Source: Longimicrobiales bacterium (lineage in GTDB: Bacteria > Gemmatimonadota > Gemmatimonadetes > Longimicrobiales > Gaopeijiaceae). Taken from it: a stretch of 64,000 nt of DNA. The translations under genes and the position numbers were made by a program. The stretch spans positions 2,896,750 to 2,960,749 of the forward strand of contig CBDFMQ010000002.1 of NCBI GenBank assembly GCA_965249725.1, given 5' to 3'. Of this stretch, positions 57,971-64,000 are shown piece by piece (position 1 is the first letter of the stretch; every line of letters begins with the position of its first letter). Under the pieces are notes generated by a model. The model had not been told where the DNA came from and did no database searches. It was given only the letters and a program-made list of their open reading frames with translations.

Positions 57971-58600
57971 TCACCGGCTCGCCAGCGCATAGCCCGCGGT
58001 GAACACGCCGGCATACTTGAGGGCACTGACGAGGGGGTCGGTCCAGCTTCGCTGGTTCTGAGCGGTCCGTGCGGCGAGGGCCGCCTGGGCTTCTTCGAGC
58101 GCCACGGCCTGGGCGTCGCTGAGCCTCACGGCATCGATGTGCCTGGAGCGCCAGAGCACTGTCATGGAGTCCGCCGTAGTGAGCTGAACCCGTAGCGCAG
58201 CCACAACGGAGCGGTGCGCCTCACGCTCCCCTTCGATCTGAGCTTCCAGCTGATCGACAAGCCTGGGCGACGGTGCGGCCCTGAGCGAGTCGAGCGTGAG
58301 GGCGACCTGAGCCTCGGCCTGTCGGGCAGATTCTGACGCGGCCTGCTCGATCCTCTGGTTCTTTTCGCGCTCGGAGGCGAGTTCGCGTTCGATCTGAGCG
58401 GCGAGCGAGTCGCGCTGGACGCTATGGGCCCTGAGGCTATCGACGATGTCCAGCGAGTGCTCTAGGCGTTGCTGGGCGGCCTCGGCGAGCGCCCGAGCGG
58501 CGGCGGCTTCCTCGATCCCCGTACGCCACGAGACAAAGAGCGTCAGGGTCGCGGCCGCGAGCGCTCCAACGGCGACGAGCCTCCAGTGAGGGAGGAGCAT
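57971..58600 (-). CDS. Membrane-anchored coiled-coil protein (spanin/Rz-like), last late gene
   Basis: N-terminal TM, long coiled coil, hydrophobic C-terminus; follows the putative endolysin. Confidence 0.55.
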   Translation of the reverse strand: MLLPHWRLVAVGALAAATLTLFVSWRTGIEEAAAARALAEAAQQRLEHSLDIVDSLRAHSVQRDSLAAQIERELASEREKNQRIEQAASESARQAEAQVALTLDSLRAAPSPRLVDQLEAQIEGEREAHRSVVAALRVQLTTADSMTVLWRSRHIDAVRLSDAQAVALEEAQAALAARTAQNQRSWTDPLVSALKYAGVFTAGYALASR

Positions 58601-59055
58601 CAGGTGACCACTTTGTTTCTGAGCTCGATGTCGAGTTCGCCGAGCACAGCGGCCTCGGCCATCGGCGGATAGACCCTGCGGTAGGCGTCACCCGAACGGA
58701 GCACCTCGAACTCTCCGTCCGGCAGTACGGCGGGCACTTCGCCGAGCAGGATGCAACCCGCCGTGTCGTCGTCGTCGTTGCCGCAGTGGATCAGGATGTG
58801 CTCGAAGCCGGGCACCGAGCGCAGCCACAGCATGCCCTTGTGGATGTCGGGGAACCGTCGTTCGTAGCGCTCATGGAAGCCGCCCACGGTGCGGAGCGCG
58901 ACGTTGTAGACGCCAGCCGGGATGCGCGTCTCGGCCTTCTTCTTGGTCGGCCGCCATTCGTCCTCGAGCGTGAAGGCGCGTCGGGCACCCGGCACCCGGA
59001 TTCGACCGAGCGAGCTGTCCTCACCGTGCGCGTAGCGTTCGACGACGACCCTCAC
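58600..59055 (-). CDS. DUF5675-like putative endolysin
   Basis: FTLED, TRIPAGVY, VPGFEHILIHCGN...TAGCILLG. Confidence 0.75.
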   Translation of the reverse strand: MRVVVERYAHGEDSSLGRIRVPGARRAFTLEDEWRPTKKKAETRIPAGVYNVALRTVGGFHERYERRFPDIHKGMLWLRSVPGFEHILIHCGNDDDDTAGCILLGEVPAVLPDGEFEVLRSGDAYRRVYPPMAEAAVLGELDIELRNKVVT

Positions 59056-59327
59056 GTGCCGGGTCCCCTGCCGATCTGCCCGAGCCGCATGCCGAGATAG
59101 GGCAGCACGGTGATGAACGCGAAGTCGCGACCCCAGTCGAGCCAACCCTCGACTCTTGGCCATACCTCGGTCGTCTGATCGCCAAGAGTCGCCCAGACGA
59201 TCCAGGCTCCGACACCGGCCCATGCGGCCGTGAGCATCCCGGCGAAGAAGCAGGGCAGCGTGCGCGAGAAGGACAGCTTGCCCTGGGGCTCACCGTTCAC
59301 CGGAGGTTCACGCAGTATCCCGGTCAC
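59052..59327 (-). CDS. Putative holin
   Basis: 91 aa, two TM-like segments, directly upstream of the lysin. Confidence 0.5.
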   Translation of the reverse strand: MTGILREPPVNGEPQGKLSFSRTLPCFFAGMLTAAWAGVGAWIVWATLGDQTTEVWPRVEGWLDWGRDFAFITVLPYLGMRLGQIGRGPGT

Positions 59328-59698
59328 CGCGGCCTCAGTGCGGGCCCGAGTTCGCAGTCCTCGGGGAAGCGGTCGCAGAACAGCCGGTAGATCATCGGCT
59401 GCAGCTCGTCGATCGTGCCCTCGAGCCCGCCCACGCGGATGCGCAGCTCGTCACGATCCGAGCGGCTCATCAGGCTCTCGCCTTCGAGCACTTCGATCCG
59501 GTCCTCGATCGGGTCGATACGGTCGAACGACTGCCAGCGCTCACCGAGCGCGGCCCAGGTGAGGTTGCCGAGCACGAAGACGCCGCCGATCACTGTGAGC
59601 GCCTTCCAGTTCTGATCGAGCACGGCCGGCCACATGGCCGCGACCCAGTGGACTGGCTGCTCTCCCAGATGAGTGATTGTCTCGAGTGGCGTTGTCAT
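59324..59698 (-). CDS. Phage membrane / coiled-coil protein
   Basis: One TM plus coiled coil; GTGA overlap. Confidence 0.55.
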   Translation of the reverse strand: MTTPLETITHLGEQPVHWVAAMWPAVLDQNWKALTVIGGVFVLGNLTWAALGERWQSFDRIDPIEDRIEVLEGESLMSRSDRDELRIRVGGLEGTIDELQPMIYRLFCDRFPEDCELGPALRPR

Positions 59699-59714
59699 GG
59701 ATCGCTAGCTCTGC

Positions 59715-60563
59715 TCATGAGAGAGTGATTCCGAAGTGTGCGAGTCCCGCGGTTCCCTGATGGACTCCGCGGTCCCAGGCGAGCCGCCGGATCGTGTTGG
59801 TGCCAACCTCCGTCCCGTCATCGCGGGCATTGAGTGCAGCGGTTTCGTCGTTCCATTCGGAAGGCACCGACCGCGCGGCGGCACCCGCGAGGAAGGGCGC
59901 TCCCGTAAGCCGGGTCCCGCCCACCCAACCATCGAGAAAGACGTCGAGGTTGCCATTGTCGCGCTCGACGCCCGCCAAGAGGATCACCTCGTCGTCGAGC
60001 GAGATGTCGCTCTGCGCGTAGGCCGTGTCCGGCGTGATGAGTTGGCCGGAGGCGTGGTTGAGCGCCGCCTGATAGATCTGGTTGCCCGTGCTGCCCTTCA
60101 CGATCTCGAACGACGGGGCTGTAGCGTCGGACGCTCCGCTCTGGCCGAAGTTGAACAACGCGATAGTGCTTCCGTCCTCGCTGATCGTGCCGCCCTCAAC
60201 GAAGCGAACGAGCACGGTGAACCCGTCGGTGCCGATCATCTGGGCGGGCGTCCAGGGCCAGCTGTCCATCACCGCGTACTCGGTCTCGGACGCAGCCAAG
60301 AGTAGGCCGTTCGAGTCGAGGCGTGGAAACCCCGGCGGCAGGGTGACGTCCACGCCATTGTCGGCTGTGACGGCGGCGGCCCCGGAGCGTACGACCCGCA
60401 GGAGATGGTTCGTCCGGCTCCGGATTCGGATCTTGTCGTCGTCGTCCGGGTCGCCGTCGAGGCCGATCCATTCCGGGCCGATGAACCCGAAGTCATGCGC
60501 CCGGAAATCGAACGGGAGTGGGGGCCGGTGAGCAGTACGGCGGGCCAGTGCGGGGGAAGTCAT
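59715..60563 (-). CDS. Putative tail-associated beta-sandwich protein
   Basis: Position after tail genes; beta-rich composition. Confidence 0.5.
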   Translation of the reverse strand: MTSPALARRTAHRPPLPFDFRAHDFGFIGPEWIGLDGDPDDDDKIRIRSRTNHLLRVVRSGAAAVTADNGVDVTLPPGFPRLDSNGLLLAASETEYAVMDSWPWTPAQMIGTDGFTVLVRFVEGGTISEDGSTIALFNFGQSGASDATAPSFEIVKGSTGNQIYQAALNHASGQLITPDTAYAQSDISLDDEVILLAGVERDNGNLDVFLDGWVGGTRLTGAPFLAGAAARSVPSEWNDETAALNARDDGTEVGTNTIRRLAWDRGVHQGTAGLAHFGITLS

Positions 60564-60564
60564 G

Positions 60565-61385
60565 CTAGCTCCAGTTGGCCTTATAGTACGCCACACTCGT
60601 GTGGTTGGAGATGATTCGTCCGGCTTTGAACCGGGCCATGGGCACCAGTGATTCGGTCCCGAAAGACGGGTCGAAGACAGGCCACGACCCGGACGAGTAG
60701 ACGTCACCGGTAACGTCGCTACGCTCTCCGGTCGCGACCCGCTCGATCACACGCCGCGTAGCGGAATCGACCTCCCACCAGCCGCCGGTTGCGACGGTGC
60801 CCGACAACGTGAGTTCTTGCTCCACGGTGCAGTCCGGCCGCGCAACCTCAAGGACGGGGTCCACGACCGGGCCAGGGATGAATATCCGGGGCTCGGACGG
60901 CGCGGTCCCCAAGCCCTGTAGATCCGTCCACGTGTCCGCGCTCAACCCTACTGAGCTGAGCGCCTTCGCGTGGGCAACACCGGCGGGCACCAGGAATACC
61001 AGCGTGACCCTGGCCGGACCGGCGGTCCACGCCACGCTCTTCCAGCGCGGATCGATCACGGTATCCTGCAGGAGGCCCCAGAAGACCCGATCGGTGCTCG
61101 TGCCGAGCTCGATCTCTGTCAGACCCGGGCGCCGGACCCATCCCAACAAGTCGTCGGAGTCGTTCTTGACGGACTGTGATGTCGGTACTGGTGCGCAATG
61201 CTAGCGGGATAACAATCCGGCGCGGAACGCCCGTAGATACTTGGTCGGGAGACACGCCCACGCGGCCCGGCAGGCCCGCCAACTCTCGTCCGGAGGTGGG
61301 CGTTCCAAGCGACACACCTTCTATCAGCGCACAGCTGAGCTCGCCGATGTCCGCGGCCATTGAGTTTGATATAGAAGTCGAGCAT
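60565..61385 (-). pseudogene. Putative distal tail (Dit-like) gene with two apparent +1 frameshifts
   Basis: MLDFYIKLNG / DIGELSCAL..VRQERL / DDLLGWVRR..YYKANWS in three frames; span 821 nt = 273 codons + 2. Confidence 0.55.
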
Positions 61386-63928
61386 CAGGTGATCCGCTCG
61401 ACGTCGATAGGCGTGCTCGAACTGAGCTGCGAGGCCGAGACCTCGACGGCACGATAGTACCCTGTGCCCCTCGGGGGAGCGCTCGACACACGCTGGCCGG
61501 TCTCGTGCACGAAGAGGGCGCTCTCGACGGCCCGCCGGCCGGTCAGGGTCTCGGCTACGCTCTCCAGTTCGACCTCCGAGCGCAGCGAGTCCGGCGACCA
61601 CTTGATGCCCATGATTCGGAAGCGGCCATTGATCCCCAGAGCCGGGGAGTCGATATGGACCCTGGAGCCGATCTGCGTTCGGATCATTTCCGGGGAGAGC
61701 TTGAGTTGATCCGCGAGCTCGAGCAGCGAGCAGGTGTAGCGGGCGCGCCACCTCTTTCGGCGCCCTAGCTCGAGGTTGGCCAGCTGGATGCCCACTGCGG
61801 CCTCGGGCACCAGATTGGAGCCAGAGGCAACATCAACACCGACGTAGAGACTCGCCGAGAGGATGTAGAGGCAGTAGTAATAGGAAGCGTCTCCTGGCCG
61901 AAATCGCAGATGATATTCGCCACTCTCTGCGATGGCCAGCGGTCCCAGGATGAGCCGCTCGTCCGTGGTTTCGCCCGGAGACGTCGCTGTCCAGTTCGTT
62001 GCCTCTATCGAGGCGGCGCTCGAGTTGCCGCGGTAGAGGGATAGCCGCGGAAGCGTCGACCATCCGGACGAGCGGGGTTTCGCCGCCATCGCCGAGAAGT
62101 GGAGGTGAGCGTAAAGGCTCGCGCTCGTGCGCGGCGCCAGCCGGACGGACGGCAGGATCAGCTCGGCCTGCTGATGGTCCGCCAGTACCGCCGGGATATG
62201 GCTCAAGGCGGCCATGCTTATAGTTGGACGGTAGATTCGGGTGCCCTCCGGAGTCAGCGAGGACGTATTCGTCAGGTGGCGGAACCGCCGCACCGTCAGG
62301 GTTCCGGCCTCGTCCGCGGTCGCGGGCGCCAGGACCCAAAACGGGTAGTCGTAGGAGTTATCGCCGGAAAGCGAGTAGATCAGGTCGCCGGGCTCGACGT
62401 GCGTGCCGGCCGGTAGGCCCATAACCTCGGACGACCCGTAGCCGGTCGGGCGGGATGCGCTGGTTACGTAGGCGCGCGTCTGCGTGTCGCGACGCAGGAC
62501 GATCGGCATCGGACTGGCCGAGGTGTCGTCGCGGCGCCATGGGCTCGGCATCCCCGGGTGGACCAAATGGCCGCTGTCCCGGTTCGCCGCGACCGAACTG
62601 GGGTTCGCGCTGAGCGTAAAGGCTCGCCTCGTGTCGCCGTCGCTGGACGGGTCGTCTCCAGAAAGGACGTAGTAGCTGAAGGTCTCCTGAGGTGAGCTGG
62701 TCTTGTGGGCCAAGACGAGCGCGCCTTCGGTCGCTGCGAACAGGGCATCGTGGTCCTCGGCGTCGGCTTGAGTGGTGAGCCGGTTATCGCTGAGCTTTTC
62801 GCGTGTCCTGATGCCGATCACGCTTTGCGCGTCCTCCCACTCAACGAGGCCGGCACGCTCGAGCGGCGACCGCGAGAAGAACGGAAGCCGCGACCCGACG
62901 GCGACGCGGCCGTAGGTGCCGATCGCGGCCGGCGACGATACCTCGAGTTGGTCCGCGCTGGCGGAGTCCGCGACGAAGCGGACCTCGTCGTTCACGGCGA
63001 ACGAGGAGCCTCCGGACGTCAGCGTGAGCTCCTGCGGAGTGCCCGAGGCCGTGATCTCGTGGGCGGAGCCGTCTGTCGCCTCGAGGTAGGCGCCCACCCA
63101 CTGGCCGTTCTCGGCTACCGGACCGTCACCGCCGATCATCGAATGGGGTGCCAGAGTGATCGTGTTTCCGCTGACGGCCGTCACGACCCAAAGCGCCTGA
63201 CTTATGTCGGCTGGCGCGCCGGACTCCAAGACGCCGATCGGTCGTAGGACCGTCGCCATATCCTCGCGGTCCATCTGGCGCCTGAGCGTCAGGAGGTTGA
63301 GCCCCTCGCCGACGCCAGCAACGTCCGCGTCCGCCCCGAGCTCGGCGCCCACGTCGAGGCGGTAGACGCTGTTCGCCGAGTCACGGCGCAACCGCCATTC
63401 GTGGCGCAGCTGCACGGCTAGTGCGACGATGACGGCCTGGGGGGTGACGCCCTCCCACGAGTGGCGGAGCCGCGTGTCGCTCTCGACCGTTCCGAGCTCG
63501 ATCCAGGTCACGTCACGCCGCCGCAGGAACGGTCGCACGAACGTCCACCAGAAATTGCGGAAGCTCATGCCGCCGTCCGGGCCGCCGAGGTTGACGTGCG
63601 ACATGCCGTCCGAAGACAGCCAGTCCAGCACACCGGCGTCGCGGAGCACCGTGTGGATGGGGTCGCACTGGAATACGGCCAGCTCGGACCTCAGCGTATC
63701 GCGACGCTGCGAGACCCAGAACTCGTGCACCCGGCCCCGCGCCTCGAGCGACACGACGCGGCCGGGCATCGCGTCGTCGATCCAGTGCTCCGAGCGCAGC
63801 GCACGGAAGGTCAGAGCGCCGGGGATCTGGCCAACCTGTTCGGCCAGGGAGCCGACCTCGACGTCCGCAACCGTCAGCACCCTGGAGCTTGAGACGAACT
63901 CCGGGGCCGATCTCAGCGTAATCCTCAT
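61385..63928 (-). CDS. Phage tail tip / baseplate hub-like protein
   Basis: 847 aa; EGLNLLTLRRQMD..ATVLRPIG and IGSRVHIDSPALGINGRFRIMGI; position in tail module. Confidence 0.65.
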   Translation of the reverse strand: MRITLRSAPEFVSSSRVLTVADVEVGSLAEQVGQIPGALTFRALRSEHWIDDAMPGRVVSLEARGRVHEFWVSQRRDTLRSELAVFQCDPIHTVLRDAGVLDWLSSDGMSHVNLGGPDGGMSFRNFWWTFVRPFLRRRDVTWIELGTVESDTRLRHSWEGVTPQAVIVALAVQLRHEWRLRRDSANSVYRLDVGAELGADADVAGVGEGLNLLTLRRQMDREDMATVLRPIGVLESGAPADISQALWVVTAVSGNTITLAPHSMIGGDGPVAENGQWVGAYLEATDGSAHEITASGTPQELTLTSGGSSFAVNDEVRFVADSASADQLEVSSPAAIGTYGRVAVGSRLPFFSRSPLERAGLVEWEDAQSVIGIRTREKLSDNRLTTQADAEDHDALFAATEGALVLAHKTSSPQETFSYYVLSGDDPSSDGDTRRAFTLSANPSSVAANRDSGHLVHPGMPSPWRRDDTSASPMPIVLRRDTQTRAYVTSASRPTGYGSSEVMGLPAGTHVEPGDLIYSLSGDNSYDYPFWVLAPATADEAGTLTVRRFRHLTNTSSLTPEGTRIYRPTISMAALSHIPAVLADHQQAELILPSVRLAPRTSASLYAHLHFSAMAAKPRSSGWSTLPRLSLYRGNSSAASIEATNWTATSPGETTDERLILGPLAIAESGEYHLRFRPGDASYYYCLYILSASLYVGVDVASGSNLVPEAAVGIQLANLELGRRKRWRARYTCSLLELADQLKLSPEMIRTQIGSRVHIDSPALGINGRFRIMGIKWSPDSLRSEVELESVAETLTGRRAVESALFVHETGQRVSSAPPRGTGYYRAVEVSASQLSSSTPIDVERIT

Positions 63929-64000
63929 TTGCCGTAGTCGCCGCCGCGGCCCCCGACGACACGCTCCGTCCGCCGCTGGGCCAGCCCGAACTCGCTGTCC
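63925..64000 (-). CDS. C-terminal end of upstream tail gene (possibly tape measure), partial
   Basis: ..DSEFGLAQRRTERVVGGRGGDYGK* with ATGA overlap. Confidence 0.35.
   Translation of the reverse strand, partial: DSEFGLAQRRTERVVGGRGGDYGK

Larger units (their letters stand above)
42593..64000. mobile_element. Temperate prophage (left part; continues beyond the window)
   Basis: Integrase, xis, RecE/RecT-like, cro/cI, lysis and tail genes; tightly overlapping start/stop codons. Confidence 0.93.

Overview
High-GC bacterial window; the gene content (many secreted peptidases, a kinase with beta-propeller repeats, a duplicated ABC permease) suggests Gemmatimonadota or a similar lineage, which is an inference. 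1-42.6 kb is host DNA: peptidases, BNR/VPS10 hydrolase, RecQ, DEAD-box helicase, type III PKS with methyltransferase, PQQ dehydrogenase, and a TPR protein / 45-aa secreted peptide / HTH / response-regulator cluster. From ~42.6 kb to the end is a temperate prophage that appears to have integrated into an Asp/Asn beta-hydroxylase-family gene. It carries an integrase, excisionase, beta-clamp, RecT/RecE-like genes, a cro/cI switch with operators, and lysis and tail genes. The most striking structure is at 51.6-58 kb. Unrelated cargo genes (HAD hydrolase, two lipoproteins, DUF2971-like protein, RelE/HigA-type pair) are stacked behind cI and separated by diverged copies of repressor-gene 3' ends (RG[Q/E]VMW[T/S]G..L* and GRVVWW[A/G]HT). 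On the opposite strand, an aspartyl-protease cassette sits between the last late gene and a diverged copy of that gene's own 3' end. This looks like an integron-like cassette array that uses gene tails as recombination sites. All family assignments come from motif recognition, not database searches.
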